This document shows positions 19,437 through 29,948 of a stretch of 64,000 bases of DNA, piece by piece. A model generated the notes under the pieces. The model was not told the DNA's origin. It was given only the letters and a program-made list of their open reading frames with translations, and did no database searches. Both the position numbers and the translations under genes were made by a program. This stretch comes from Clostridia bacterium (GTDB lineage Bacteria; Bacillota; Clostridia; Oscillospirales; CAG-272): the NCBI GenBank assembly GCA_017622085.1, contig JAGARU010000127.1, forward strand, positions 18,247 through 82,246. Reading direction: 5' to 3'. Every line of letters starts with the position of its first letter. Within the stretch, counting starts at the first letter, position 1.

Positions 19437-20567
19437 ATGTCAGTTGCTGGAATTATTTTCTCTAACATTCACGATTCTAACCTTCCGGAGCTTACGAGAA
19501 AGCGCACCATTGCGTCCGTTCCGTTTGCTTGCCGGTACCGTTTGGTAGACTTTGCTCTCTCCAACATGGTAAACTCGAACATTGATAACGTCAATATCGT
19601 TACCAGCCATAACTACCACTCCTTGATGGACCATCTCGGCTCCGGTAAGGATTGGGACCTTGCCCGTCGCTCCGGCGGTCTTAAGATCCTGACCCCCTAC
19701 ATCAGCAGTGATACCGCATACGACGGAAGATATACTCGTCTTGGCGCGCTGAAGAACATCGTAAGCGTAATTCAGCAATCCACCGACGATTACTTCGTGC
19801 TTTCCGACTGTGACGTGATCTGCAACATCGACCTCACCAAGATGGTAGACGCACACATCAAGAACCGTGCGGACATCACCATTGCCGTTAAGCGCGTAAG
19901 CAACGCTCCCGAGCTTGACGAAACCGATATTCTCCTTCGTTCCGACGAGAACGGCCGCGTGACCGAGGTTCTCTCCGGCCCCATGGCTGTCGGCGCTGAG
20001 GATGCAGATATGAACCTGAACATTCTCGTGTTCAGCCGTCAGTATCTCCTTGACGTGATCAGTGAGGCGATCTTCCACGATTATAAGAGCCTTAACCGTG
20101 ACATCATCACCCGTAACGCAAAGCGTCATAACTACTACGCATACCGTTACGACGGATACTTCTCCTGCATCTCCAACTTTGCGGACTACTTTGCATGCAA
20201 TATGGATCTGATCCGCAATAAGGAATCCCGCGATTCTCTCTTCAACGTAAAGAACCGCCCCATCCTTACCAAGATCCGCAATTCCTCCCCCACCTACTAT
20301 GCAAAGGAATCCCGCGTTAAGAACTCCCTCATTGCAGACGGTTGTGAGATCCACGGCACGGTAGAGAACAGCGTAATCTTCCGCGGCGTTAAGATCGGTA
20401 AGAATACCGTTGTCCGCAACTCCATCCTCTTCCAGGATGCCTTCACCGGCGAGAACGTAATTCTTGATAACGTAATTGCCGATAAGAACGTGGTGATCCG
20501 CGACAACCGTGTACTCTCCGGTGCAGAGGATCTTCCTTATTATATCCCCAAGGGAAAAATGATTTAA
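19437..20567 (+). CDS. glgD: Glucose-1-phosphate adenylyltransferase, GlgD regulatory subunit
   Basis: 376 aa GlgC paralogue that lacks the GGxGxRL loop (IFSNIHDSNLPELT instead). It follows glgC directly, as in Bacilli and Clostridia. Confidence 0.88.
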   Translation: MSVAGIIFSNIHDSNLPELTRKRTIASVPFACRYRLVDFALSNMVNSNIDNVNIVTSHNYHSLMDHLGSGKDWDLARRSGGLKILTPYISSDTAYDGRYTRLGALKNIVSVIQQSTDDYFVLSDCDVICNIDLTKMVDAHIKNRADITIAVKRVSNAPELDETDILLRSDENGRVTEVLSGPMAVGAEDADMNLNILVFSRQYLLDVISEAIFHDYKSLNRDIITRNAKRHNYYAYRYDGYFSCISNFADYFACNMDLIRNKESRDSLFNVKNRPILTKIRNSSPTYYAKESRVKNSLIADGCEIHGTVENSVIFRGVKIGKNTVVRNSILFQDAFTGENVILDNVIADKNVVIRDNRVLSGAEDLPYYIPKGKMI

Positions 20568-20589
20568 TTCAAGCAAAAGGAGCCAATCT

Positions 20590-22020
20590 ATGAAAGTATT
20601 GTTTGTTTCCGGTGAGGGCCTTCCGTTCTCGTCTACCGGCGGCCTGGCGGACGTAATTGGTTCGCTTCCCAAGGCGCTGGCAGCCAACTATGAGGAGGAC
20701 GACATCCGTGTAATCCTTCCCCTGTATGCGTCCACCAAGGAAAAGTTTGCGGCAGAACTGAACTACGAGTTCTCCAAAACTGTAAACCTTGCATGGCGTC
20801 ATCAGTACTGCGGCGTGTTCTCCATCAAGAGAGACGGCGTCACCTATTATTTCATTGATAACGAATTTTATTTCAAGCGCAGCACATTATATGGACAGTA
20901 CGATGACGGCGAACGCTTCGCATTCTTCAGCCGTGCCGTGATCGATATCCTGCCCGACATCGATTTCTTCCCCGATATTCTTCATTGTAACGACTGGCAG
21001 AGCGCACTTGCTATCCTGTATCTGCGCCTGAGCTACTCTTATGATGAGCGATATCGCCAAATTAAGACCCTTTATACCATTCATAATATAGAATATCAGG
21101 GAAAATTCGGTTTAGAGTCCCTCGGAGACCTTTTTGGTCTTGACGAAAGGGATCGTTCTGTAGTAGAATATAATCACTGTGTGAATTTGACGAAAGGTGC
21201 CATTGTTTGCGCCGATCGCGTGACCACGGTAAGTGAACGTTATGCATCCGAAATCCAGACGGAATTCTATGCAAGCGGTCTCCACTACGTGCTCCGTTTG
21301 TTCCGCGATAAGATCTGCGGTATCACAAACGGTATCGACGAGGTTTACTATAATCCGAAGAACGATCCGATCATCGCCCGTCAGTATGACGCCGAGACGA
21401 TCGAGTTGAAGAAGGAATGTAAGAGAGAGCTCCAGGAGCTTTGCGGACTGCCCGTACGGGATGACGTTCCGCTGATCGCCATGATCTCCCGTCTTACGGC
21501 TCACAAGGGCTTCGATCTGGTCAAGTATATCTTGCCGGAAATGCTTACGGAGGACAGACAGTTCGTTCTCCTTGGCACGGGCGAGCCCGAGCTTGAGAAC
21601 TTCTTCCGTAACATGCAGAGCATGCACCCCAAGAAGGTTCGGGCCTTTATCCAGTACGACAAGGATCTTTCCAAAAAGATCTACGCCGGTGCGGATATGT
21701 TCCTGATGCCGTCCAAGAGCGAGCCCTGCGGTCTTGCGCAGATGATCTGCTCGGAATACGGTACAGTGCCGATCGTAAGAGAAACCGGCGGTCTCGCCGA
21801 CACGATCCAGCCCTACAACCGCTATACCGGAGAAGGCAACGGATTCACTTTCCGGAATTACAATGCACACGAAATGAAAGATGCGGTTGAGCGCGCCGAG
21901 GAATTGTATCGTGACAAAGATAAATGGCAGCAGTTCTGTGCTGACATTATGAAGATCGATTTCTCTTGGAATGTTTCTGCCGAGAAATACCGGCAGATCT
22001 ATCAGTCCTTACTTGACTGA
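20590..22020 (+). CDS. glgA: Glycogen synthase (ADP-glucose type, GT5)
   Basis: 476 aa. N-terminal KVLFVSGEGLPFSSTGGLADV (KTGGL-type motif) and C-terminal MPSKSEPCGLAQM. Confidence 0.92.
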   Translation: MKVLFVSGEGLPFSSTGGLADVIGSLPKALAANYEEDDIRVILPLYASTKEKFAAELNYEFSKTVNLAWRHQYCGVFSIKRDGVTYYFIDNEFYFKRSTLYGQYDDGERFAFFSRAVIDILPDIDFFPDILHCNDWQSALAILYLRLSYSYDERYRQIKTLYTIHNIEYQGKFGLESLGDLFGLDERDRSVVEYNHCVNLTKGAIVCADRVTTVSERYASEIQTEFYASGLHYVLRLFRDKICGITNGIDEVYYNPKNDPIIARQYDAETIELKKECKRELQELCGLPVRDDVPLIAMISRLTAHKGFDLVKYILPEMLTEDRQFVLLGTGEPELENFFRNMQSMHPKKVRAFIQYDKDLSKKIYAGADMFLMPSKSEPCGLAQMICSEYGTVPIVRETGGLADTIQPYNRYTGEGNGFTFRNYNAHEMKDAVERAEELYRDKDKWQQFCADIMKIDFSWNVSAEKYRQIYQSLLD

Positions 22021-22038
22021 TTTACTTTAGTTCACTGC

Positions 22039-22068
22039 CGAAGCCGTACCGGAAACGGGACGGCTTCG
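22039..22068 (+). other. Intercistronic hairpin with GAAA tetraloop between glgA and glgP
   Basis: CGAAGCCGT-A-CCG-GAAA-CGG-G-ACGGCTTCG. There is no clear U tract, so it is a weak terminator or an mRNA stability/processing element. Confidence 0.45.
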
Positions 22069-22122
22069 ACAACTTATTTCGATAATCCGTGCGTAAAGCA
22101 CAAAGAAAGGCAATAGTTAAAC

Positions 22123-24546
22123 ATGGAAAACCAGAAGCTCACAAAAGAAGATGTGAGAGTAGCCCTTGAAAGCAAACTCTCCAGATATTTCGGTGTTAAG
22201 CCGGAGGAGGCGTCGGAGGAGCAGATTTACAAAGCAACCGTCCTGACCGTAAAAGACATTTTGACCCAAAAGCGTTCCGCCTTCAAGCAGAAGACCAAGG
22301 AACAGAAGGCAAAGAGAATCTACTATCTTTGCATGGAATTCCTCATCGGCCGCTCTTTGAAGAACAACCTGCGCAATTTGGGCCTTGCCAAGGAATACGA
22401 GCAGGTGCTTGCAGACTACGGCTTCGACATTGACAGTATTTATGAAAGAGAGCCCAATCCCGGACTCGGCAACGGCGGTCTTGGCCGTCTTGCGTCCTGC
22501 TTCATGGACTCCCTCACCTCACTTAATTACCCGGCAGTTGGTTTTTCCATTTGCTATGAATACGGTCTTTTCAAGCAGAAGATCATTGACGGTAACCAGG
22601 TAGAGCTGCCCGACGAGTGGATGCCCGAGGGTGACTGCTGGCTCGTTCCCAGAACCGATAAGAAGTTTACCGTAAAGTTCGGCGGTCGCGTGACCGAGGC
22701 TTGGGTAAACAACCGCCTTACCATCCAGTACGAAAACGCTGAGGTGGTCCAGGCCGTTCCCTATGACATGATGATCTCCGGTGCCTCCGAGGCCGTAAAT
22801 CCCCTGCGCCTCTGGAAAGCACAGGATACTACCAACTTCAATATGAAGCTGTTCTCTCAGGGCGAATACGTTAAGGCGGTTTCTCAGTCCGCCGGCGCCG
22901 AGGCAATATCCAAGGTGCTCTATCCCTCCGACGACCATACCGAGGGCAAGCTCCTGCGTCTCAGCCAGCAGTACTTCCTTGTATCTGCCTCCCTGCAGAG
23001 CATTATTTCCGACCATTTGACCGCCTTCGGCACCCTTGAGAACTTTGCCGATAAGGTTTCCATTCATATTAACGATACCCACCCCGCACTTTGCGTTCCC
23101 GAGCTTATGCGTATCTTCATGGATACCTATTCCTACTCTTGGGAAGAGGCGTGGTCCATCGTCACCCGCGTAATCTCCTACACCAACCATACCGTTATGC
23201 CCGAGGCTCTTGAGTGCTGGAACGAGGATCTGTTCAGCTTCAAGCTGCCCAGAATTCACATGATCGTAAAGGAGATCAACCGTCGCCTTTGCGAGGACCT
23301 TTGGAAGATGTATCCCGGCGACTGGGATCGTATTTCCCGTATGTCCATCATTGGCTACTCTCAGGTTCGCATGGCTAACCTCAGCGTAGTTGCTTCTCAT
23401 ACCGTAAACGGCGTATCCAAGCTCCATTCCGATATTCTGAAGCAGACCATCTTCCACGACTTCTATAAGACCACCCCCGAGAAGTTCACTAACGTAACCA
23501 ACGGTATTGCACACCGTAGATGGCTCACTTATTCCAACCCCCAGTTGGCTGACCTCCTGACTGAATGCATCGGCGGTGAGTTCAACACCCAGCCCGAGGC
23601 TCTTGAAAAGTTCCTCAAGTATGCAAACGATACTACCGTTCTTGACCGCCTGTCCGAGATCAAGGCCGATAATAAGCTCCGTCTTTCCAAGGCGATCTTT
23701 GATAAGACCGGAACTGCTCTTGACGTAAATTCCGTATTCGACGTACAGGTTAAGCGTATGCACGAGTACAAGAGACAGCTTCTGAACGTTTTGAAGATCA
23801 TTTCCTACTATGTGGATCTGGAAGAGAACCCCGATATGGAGTTCATGCCCCGCACCTTCATCTTTGGCGGTAAGGCGGCACCCGGCTACTACATGGCCAA
23901 GGATATCATCAAGCTGATCTGGAACCTGGGTCAGGATATCGCCAAGAATCCCCGCGTACGTGAAAAGCTCCGCGTGGTATACCTTGAGGACTATAACGTA
24001 AGCACCGCAGAGGTTCTTATGCCCGCCTCCGATATCAGTGAGCAGATCTCTCTCGCCGGTAAGGAAGCCAGCGGAACCGGTTGCATGAAGTTCATGATCA
24101 ACGGTGCCGTAACCCTCGGTACGCTTGACGGCGCAAACGTCGAGATCCGCGAGGAGGTTGGCGACGATAATATCTATATCTTTGGCCTCAACGCCAAGGA
24201 AGTGGATGAGCTGTGGGAAAGCGGCTATCACTCTCTCACCTTCTATCATACCAGCCCCAGAATCCGCCGTGCAGTTGACCGCCTCAACCGTGGCTTCAAC
24301 GGTGTGTCCTTCTCTAACATTGTACAGTACCTCATTGGTGGCCACGGTGTGCCCGATCCCTATATGTGCTTGGCTGACTTCGATTCTTACTACAGTGCCG
24401 CAGAAAGCGCAGTTAAGACCTACCAGCACAAGAACGTATGGAATCGTATGGCCCTTGTCAACATTGCCAAGGCCGGCTACTTCGCCGCAGACCGCAGCAT
24501 TGAGGAATATGCAAAGAACATTTGGAACTTGAAGAAAGTAAAATAA
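22123..24546 (+). CDS. glgP: Glycogen/maltodextrin phosphorylase (GT35)
   Basis: 807 aa with the PLP-lysine motif GKEASGTGCMKFMINGA and other GT35 blocks (LGNGGLGRLA). Confidence 0.93.
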   Translation: MENQKLTKEDVRVALESKLSRYFGVKPEEASEEQIYKATVLTVKDILTQKRSAFKQKTKEQKAKRIYYLCMEFLIGRSLKNNLRNLGLAKEYEQVLADYGFDIDSIYEREPNPGLGNGGLGRLASCFMDSLTSLNYPAVGFSICYEYGLFKQKIIDGNQVELPDEWMPEGDCWLVPRTDKKFTVKFGGRVTEAWVNNRLTIQYENAEVVQAVPYDMMISGASEAVNPLRLWKAQDTTNFNMKLFSQGEYVKAVSQSAGAEAISKVLYPSDDHTEGKLLRLSQQYFLVSASLQSIISDHLTAFGTLENFADKVSIHINDTHPALCVPELMRIFMDTYSYSWEEAWSIVTRVISYTNHTVMPEALECWNEDLFSFKLPRIHMIVKEINRRLCEDLWKMYPGDWDRISRMSIIGYSQVRMANLSVVASHTVNGVSKLHSDILKQTIFHDFYKTTPEKFTNVTNGIAHRRWLTYSNPQLADLLTECIGGEFNTQPEALEKFLKYANDTTVLDRLSEIKADNKLRLSKAIFDKTGTALDVNSVFDVQVKRMHEYKRQLLNVLKIISYYVDLEENPDMEFMPRTFIFGGKAAPGYYMAKDIIKLIWNLGQDIAKNPRVREKLRVVYLEDYNVSTAEVLMPASDISEQISLAGKEASGTGCMKFMINGAVTLGTLDGANVEIREEVGDDNIYIFGLNAKEVDELWESGYHSLTFYHTSPRIRRAVDRLNRGFNGVSFSNIVQYLIGGHGVPDPYMCLADFDSYYSAAESAVKTYQHKNVWNRMALVNIAKAGYFAADRSIEEYAKNIWNLKKVK

Positions 24547-24547
24547 T

Positions 24548-26464
24548 ATGAATTTCTTGCCGATCCGAGAGATACGATATTCTTCTGATCGGGAAAGAGT
24601 CCTGCGAGGAATCCAAACCTGCGCCTTTGATTCGAGGAGTGCAGTTCAGCTTGAACTGCACCTTCCTCGGATGTATGGGGCCACGTCCGTTCGGATTCTG
24701 ATTTCGGATGAAAAAGGAAGGCTCTGCCTTGAGAAGTCCCTGCAGTTCCATGCGGTGGAAAACGGATGCGATATTTATTGCACCTCGGTAGACGCCCAGT
24801 TGGAGTTGCCTCTTCATAAGGCGGGAGGCCTTTTCTATTATGTGTATGCTGTCAGCGGAGCAGAGAGTTTTTATCTGTCTGCCTCCCGCGATCGCACCGA
24901 GCTTCAGCGAATGCAAACGCCCGATACCAAAACGCAGCTTCTCTTTTACCGGGAAGAGGAGAGACCCGAGCCCGCAATCGTCGGTGGTACCATGTACCAC
25001 GTTTTTGTCGACCGATTTTTCCGTTCGGGAAAGTCCGAACCCCGTAAGGGAAGTATTTTAAATGAAGATTGGGAAAACGGTGTTCCGCAGTATGCGGAGC
25101 GTCCGGGCGGATTTGTAGCCAATAATATGTTCTTTGGCGGCGACCTTTGGGGCGTCATCGAAAAGCTGGACTACATTGCATCCCTGAACGTTAATTGCCT
25201 GTACCTTTCTCCTGTTTTTGAAGCCGCGTCCAACCATAAGTACGACACGGCCGACTATTTGCGCGTCGACTCTGCCTTTGGCGGGGATGAAGCCCTTGCC
25301 GTGTTAGTGGAGGAGGCGAAAAAGCGCGGAATCCACGTGATTTTGGACGGTGTTTTCAACCACACCGGTGCCGATAGCCGCTATTTCAATAAGTTTGGTA
25401 ATTATGAGGATTTGGGCGCTTATCAGTCCAAGGAATCACCCTACTATAAATGGTACGCCTTTAAGAATTATCCCAATAGCTACGAGAGTTGGTGGGGTAT
25501 CGACATTCTCCCCCATATCCGCTCCGACGAGCCGGAATACCGCCACTTTATTTACGATGAGGTGGTGGAAAAGTGGATGAAGTTTGGCATCGCCGGCTTC
25601 CGCCTGGATGTGGCCGACGAGCTCTCGGATGATTTCCTCTCCGGATTTACCCGCAAGGTAAAGGATATTCGTCCCGACGCCGTTGTCTACGGCGAGGTCT
25701 GGGAGGACGCCTCCAATAAAATCGCCTACGGAATGCGTAAGCGCTACTTCCAGGGCGCCGAGCTGGATTCCGTTATGAACTATCCCCTGCGCACCGGCTT
25801 GATTGCCTATCTGACGGAAGGCAACGATTACGCCATGCGGGAGGCTCTGATCATGCTCTATAGCCATTATCCGGAAAAGAGCCGCAACTTGTTGATGAAT
25901 CTGCTGGGCACTCACGATACGGAGCGAATTCTTACCCGCTTGGTGGGGGATGATTTCGGAAATCCTTCAAACGAGTACCTGTCGCAAAAGCGCCTCACAC
26001 CCGAGGCACGCAGGAAAGGCATCCGTATGCTCAAGCAGGCCTATGCCGTTGCCTCCACCGTTCCCGGTGTCCCTTGCATCTACTACGGTGACGAGGCGGG
26101 GATGGAGGGCTATCGCGATCCCTTCAACCGTATGCCGTTCCCTTGGGGCAGGGAGGAAACCGATCTGACGGATTGGTACCGTAGCCTTGGTAAGCTTCGC
26201 AAGGAGCACCCGATGCTTGCCCACGGTGGAATTGACCTGCATATCTGTACCCCCCAGATTCTCGCGTACTCCCGTTTTTCTGGTGAGGATAACGTGCTGG
26301 TGGTGGTCAACCGATCCATCGATCCTTGCTACATCGCTTGCGACTGTGCCCTTGAAACTCTGCTTGCAACGGAGGCTTGTGGCCCCCGTTGTGTGCCCGC
26401 GCTGGGCGCCGCCGTGTTTGCTTACCGGGGAGAAACGCAATTTTTCTTCTCGGATCGCCCTTGA
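24548..26464 (+). CDS. GH13 alpha-amylase-family glycosidase (neopullulanase/debranching-type)
   Basis: 638 aa with the four GH13 conserved regions DGVFNHTG, GFRLDVADE, YGEVWED and LLGTHDTER. Last gene of the glg operon. Confidence 0.85.
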   Translation: MNFLPIREIRYSSDRERVLRGIQTCAFDSRSAVQLELHLPRMYGATSVRILISDEKGRLCLEKSLQFHAVENGCDIYCTSVDAQLELPLHKAGGLFYYVYAVSGAESFYLSASRDRTELQRMQTPDTKTQLLFYREEERPEPAIVGGTMYHVFVDRFFRSGKSEPRKGSILNEDWENGVPQYAERPGGFVANNMFFGGDLWGVIEKLDYIASLNVNCLYLSPVFEAASNHKYDTADYLRVDSAFGGDEALAVLVEEAKKRGIHVILDGVFNHTGADSRYFNKFGNYEDLGAYQSKESPYYKWYAFKNYPNSYESWWGIDILPHIRSDEPEYRHFIYDEVVEKWMKFGIAGFRLDVADELSDDFLSGFTRKVKDIRPDAVVYGEVWEDASNKIAYGMRKRYFQGAELDSVMNYPLRTGLIAYLTEGNDYAMREALIMLYSHYPEKSRNLLMNLLGTHDTERILTRLVGDDFGNPSNEYLSQKRLTPEARRKGIRMLKQAYAVASTVPGVPCIYYGDEAGMEGYRDPFNRMPFPWGREETDLTDWYRSLGKLRKEHPMLAHGGIDLHICTPQILAYSRFSGEDNVLVVVNRSIDPCYIACDCALETLLATEACGPRCVPALGAAVFAYRGETQFFFSDRP

Positions 26465-26509
26465 TCCCAAAAAGAACTTGACGGACGTATAAAAAAATAG
26501 TAAAATAAA

Positions 26510-26549
26510 AGAGGTTATTGTAAAATACAATAATCTCTTTTTCTTTTGT
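26510..26549 (+). terminator. Rho-independent terminator of the glycogen operon
   Basis: AGAGGTTATTGTA-AAA-TACAATAATCTCT (13 positions, 1 mismatch), followed by TTTTCTTTTG. Confidence 0.7.
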
Positions 26550-26565
26550 TGGGGGAGGTGACCGT

Positions 26566-27276
26566 GTGCCAAAGTATAACGTTATATTCAAACGTGTGGA
26601 AAAGAAGTACCCCATGACGGAAGCACACTGCGAGCATCTGCTCTCCATAATCGGTCACCGAATGTATCCCGACGCCTATGGAAAAAGTACCGTCTGCAAC
26701 CTATACCTTGATACACCGGATTTTCTTCTGATCCGCAATTCGATTGATGCCGTATCTTATAAGGAAAAGCTCCGCGTGCGTAGCTATGGCTTGCCCGAGG
26801 AGGACGGAACGGTGTTTTTCGAGATCAAAAAGAAGTACAAGGGAACGGTGTATAAGCGCCGTATCTCCACTACCTATCGAAAGGTTATGACCTATCTGAA
26901 CGGCGGAGAAAAGCCGGACGATAGCCAGATCATGCGGGAGCTGGATTATGCCATGCAGTACTACCGCCATCCCCGGCCGGCGGCTATGATCTTTTATGAG
27001 AGGGAAGCCTTCTTCTCGAAGGAAGACTCCTCCTTGCGCATCACCTTCGACCGTAACGTTCGATACCGCTTCTCGGATTTCACCCCGGATAAGGGTGACG
27101 GAGGCACACCGCTTCTTCAGCCGGGGGAGGTCCTTATGGAGATCAAAACCGACGGCGGTATGCCCCTGTGGCTCTCCCACGCCTTGGCCGAGTGCCAAAT
27201 TTACCCCTCGCGCTTCTCCAAATACGGAAAATCCTACTTAAAATACATCGAATCCAAGAGAGGAGATCTCCTATGA
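26566..27276 (+). CDS. VTC-domain (CYTH/polyphosphate-polymerase-like) protein
   Basis: 236 aa. GTG start behind GGAGGTG. The pattern E.K...Y.D....L...G..LR.R...FE.K matches a bacterial VTC/triphosphate-tunnel fold. Confidence 0.7.
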   Translation: MPKYNVIFKRVEKKYPMTEAHCEHLLSIIGHRMYPDAYGKSTVCNLYLDTPDFLLIRNSIDAVSYKEKLRVRSYGLPEEDGTVFFEIKKKYKGTVYKRRISTTYRKVMTYLNGGEKPDDSQIMRELDYAMQYYRHPRPAAMIFYEREAFFSKEDSSLRITFDRNVRYRFSDFTPDKGDGGTPLLQPGEVLMEIKTDGGMPLWLSHALAECQIYPSRFSKYGKSYLKYIESKRGDLL

Positions 27277-27941
27277 GTGCATTGTTCCAGTCCATTACCA
27301 CCGGCAGCTTTACCGTAGGTGTGTACCTTGTTTGCGTTGCCGCCGCCCTTGTTTGCGGTGGAATTGCCGCCTTTGCCGCATCCTTCCGCTCCCATGTTTC
27401 CAAAAGCTTTCTTGTGTCCCTGATTCTGATGCCGGTTATTGTTCAGACCGTTATTACTATGGTCAACGGAAACATCGGCACCGGTGTCGCCGTCATGGGC
27501 GCGTTTTCTCTTGTCCGCTTCCGCTCCGTTCCCGGTAAGGCCAAGGATATCGTGGCCATCTTCCTTGTTATGACCTCCGGTCTGTCCTGTGCCTCCGGAT
27601 ATGTGACCGTGGCTCTTCTGTTCACCGTGATCGTAGCCGCTGTTATGATCCTTGCTACCTATCTGCCCACCAAGAGTGAACGCGAGGTGGAGCTGAAGAT
27701 CACCATTCCCGAAACGCTGAACTACACCGACGCCTTCCGCAATGTCTTTGCTCAGTACACAAAGCATAGCCGTATGGTAGGGGTCAAAACAACCGCCATG
27801 GGTAGCCTCTTTAAGCTGACCTATCGGGTCGAGATGAAGGATCGCCGGGCAGAGAAGGAGTTTATCGATGCCCTCCGTTGCCGCAACGGGAACCTTGAGA
27901 TTGCGATTTCCGAAATTCTGTCCGCTAACGAAGATCTGTAA
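27273..27941 (+). CDS. DUF4956-like membrane protein (usual partner of bacterial VTC proteins)
   Basis: Start at ATG 27273 (MSALFQSITTG...), overlapping the upstream stop (ATGA). 4 TM helices, then a soluble C-terminal domain. Confidence 0.65.
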   Translation: MSALFQSITTGSFTVGVYLVCVAAALVCGGIAAFAASFRSHVSKSFLVSLILMPVIVQTVITMVNGNIGTGVAVMGAFSLVRFRSVPGKAKDIVAIFLVMTSGLSCASGYVTVALLFTVIVAAVMILATYLPTKSEREVELKITIPETLNYTDAFRNVFAQYTKHSRMVGVKTTAMGSLFKLTYRVEMKDRRAEKEFIDALRCRNGNLEIAISEILSANEDL

Positions 27942-27946
27942 TGAAT

Positions 27947-27984
27947 AAAAAAGAAGTCAAGGCGTTGCCTTGACTTCTTTTTTA
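27947..27984. terminator. Bidirectional terminator (DUF4956 gene / clpX)
   Basis: AAGAAGTCAAGGC-GTT-GCCTTGACTTCTT, a 13-bp stem flanked by A6 and T6. Confidence 0.85.
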
Positions 27985-29262
27985 TTCTTCGGAAATTTCC
28001 TTAAGCACCAATTTAGGCTCTGCCCCCTCGGTCACGCAGGCCGCAGTAATGATAACCGTAGCCACGTCCTTGCGGGAGGGAATATCAAACATAATGGGGG
28101 TCATGATCTCCTCAATGATGGCGCGCAAGCCGCGGGCACCGGTGGATCGGTCGATGGCCTTGGCCGCAATGGCGCGAATGGCTTCATCCTCAAATACCAG
28201 CTCTACACCGTCCAGTCCGATCAGCTTGGTGTACTGCTTGAGAAGGGAGTTTTTAGGCTCCTTAAAGATGCGAACCAGCGCATCTTCATCCAGATTGTCA
28301 AGGCCAACCAATACCGGCAAACGGCCAACCAGCTCGGGAATCAAGCCGAACTTAACCAGGTCGTGGGCATTGGCATCCTTAAAGATCTCAGCGCGTGCAC
28401 GCTCCTTTTTCGAGCGCACCTGTCCGTCAAAGCCAACGGAGGAGGTGTCTTGTCTGCGCTCAATGACCTTTTCAAGACCGTCAAAGGCACCGCCGCAAAT
28501 AAAGAGAATGTCGGAGGTGTTGATCTGAATAAACTCCTGATTGGGATGTTTCCGTCCACCCTGAGGCGGAACGTTGGAAACCGTACCCTCCAGAATTTTG
28601 AGGAGCGCCTGCTGAACGCCCTCGCCGGAAACGTCACGGGTAATGGAGCGGTTTTCACTCCGACGGGAGATCTTGTCGATCTCGTCTACGTAAATAATAC
28701 CCTTCTGTGCCAGCTCAATGTCATAATCCGCCGCCTGAATCAAGCGGAGCAGAATGTTTTCCACGTCCTCGCCAACGTAGCCGGCTTCTGTTAAGGTGGT
28801 AGCGTCCGCAATGGCAAAGGGAACGTTCAGGGACTTGGCCAAGGTCTGCGCAAGGAAGGTCTTACCCACACCGGTGGGACCGATCAAAAGCACGTTGCTC
28901 TTCTGGAGCTCCACGCCGTCGTCCTCGCGATTCTTGTCACTCTTCTGCAAAATACGCTTGTAGTGGTTGTAAACCGCAACGGAAAGCGCAATTTTTGCTT
29001 TGTCCTGTCCGATCACGTATTCGTCAAGGGTGGCCTTGATCTCGTGAGGGCGGGGCAGGGTCTCAAGGGAAAGCTTGTCAAGGTTCTCGCTGAGAGCTTC
29101 AGCACCCTTGGGATGGGTTTCGTCAAAAATAAGCTCGCTGCACGCCTCCACGCAATCGTCGCAGATGCAAGCGCCAGAGGGGGAGGGGATCAGGAACATA
29201 ACCTGATTTTCCGTCCGTCCGCAGAAGGAACAGCGTCTGATGTTGTTGTGATTCTCTGCCAT
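27982..29262 (-). CDS. clpX: ATP-dependent Clp protease ATP-binding subunit ClpX
   Basis: 426 aa. N-terminal zinc ribbon CSFCGR...CDDC, Walker A GPTGVGKT, and an IGF-type loop region. Confidence 0.95.
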   Translation of the reverse strand: MAENHNNIRRCSFCGRTENQVMFLIPSPSGACICDDCVEACSELIFDETHPKGAEALSENLDKLSLETLPRPHEIKATLDEYVIGQDKAKIALSVAVYNHYKRILQKSDKNREDDGVELQKSNVLLIGPTGVGKTFLAQTLAKSLNVPFAIADATTLTEAGYVGEDVENILLRLIQAADYDIELAQKGIIYVDEIDKISRRSENRSITRDVSGEGVQQALLKILEGTVSNVPPQGGRKHPNQEFIQINTSDILFICGGAFDGLEKVIERRQDTSSVGFDGQVRSKKERARAEIFKDANAHDLVKFGLIPELVGRLPVLVGLDNLDEDALVRIFKEPKNSLLKQYTKLIGLDGVELVFEDEAIRAIAAKAIDRSTGARGLRAIIEEIMTPIMFDIPSRKDVATVIITAACVTEGAEPKLVLKEISEE

Positions 29263-29271
29263 GTCGGCTCC

Positions 29272-29856
29272 TTATGCTCTGTGTTCGATAACCTTGTCAA
29301 TGAGGCCGTATTCCAAAGCCTCTTTTGCGGTCATAAAGTTGTCGCGGTCGGTATCGTGGCTGATCACGTCAAGGGGCTTGCCGGTGTTCTCTGCCAGAAT
29401 CCGATTCAAGGTGTCACGTGTCTTCAGAATATGCTCGGCGTGGATCTTGATGTCAGAAGCCTGACCCTGTGCACCGCCCAAGGGCTGGTGGATCATGATG
29501 GTACTGTTGGGAAGCGCAAAACGCTTGCCCTTGGCACCGCTGGAGAGCAGAAACGCACCCATGCTGGCAGCCATACCGATGCAGATGGTGGAAACGTCAC
29601 ACTTGATAAAATTCATGGTGTCGTAGATCGCCATGCCGGCCGTAACGGAGCCGCCGGGGCTGTTAATGTAAAGATGGATATCCTTGTCGGGATCCTGTGC
29701 CTCCAGATGGAGGAGCTGTGCAACGACGAGAGAAGCGGTGACGTCATTCACTTCATCAGCCAAGAAAACGATTCGGTCGTTTAACAGACGGGAATAAATA
29801 TCGTAGGAGCGCTCACCGCGTGCGGTCTGCTCCACAACGTAAGGAACAAGTGCCAT
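29272..29856 (-). CDS. clpP: ATP-dependent Clp protease proteolytic subunit
   Basis: 194 aa, [11 protein letters not shown]...INSPGGSV...[11 protein letters not shown]...IHQP. Confidence 0.95.
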   Translation of the reverse strand: MALVPYVVEQTARGERSYDIYSRLLNDRIVFLADEVNDVTASLVVAQLLHLEAQDPDKDIHLYINSPGGSVTAGMAIYDTMNFIKCDVSTICIGMAASMGAFLLSSGAKGKRFALPNSTIMIHQPLGGAQGQASDIKIHAEHILKTRDTLNRILAENTGKPLDVISHDTDRDNFMTAKEALEYGLIDKVIEHRA

Positions 29857-29904
29857 AATATACCTCTTTTCTGTCGGATTTTGTAATTATGCTTCCGGAG
29901 TAGA

Positions 29905-29935
29905 ATACTGCCGCCGCAAACCGCGGCGGCAGTAT
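29905..29935 (-). terminator. GC-rich hairpin between tig and clpP (partial terminator)
   Basis: ATACTGCCGCCGC / GCGGCGGCAGTAT, a 13-bp stem with a 5-nt loop and a weak U tract. Confidence 0.5.
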
Positions 29936-29948
29936 CGAAATGATTTCA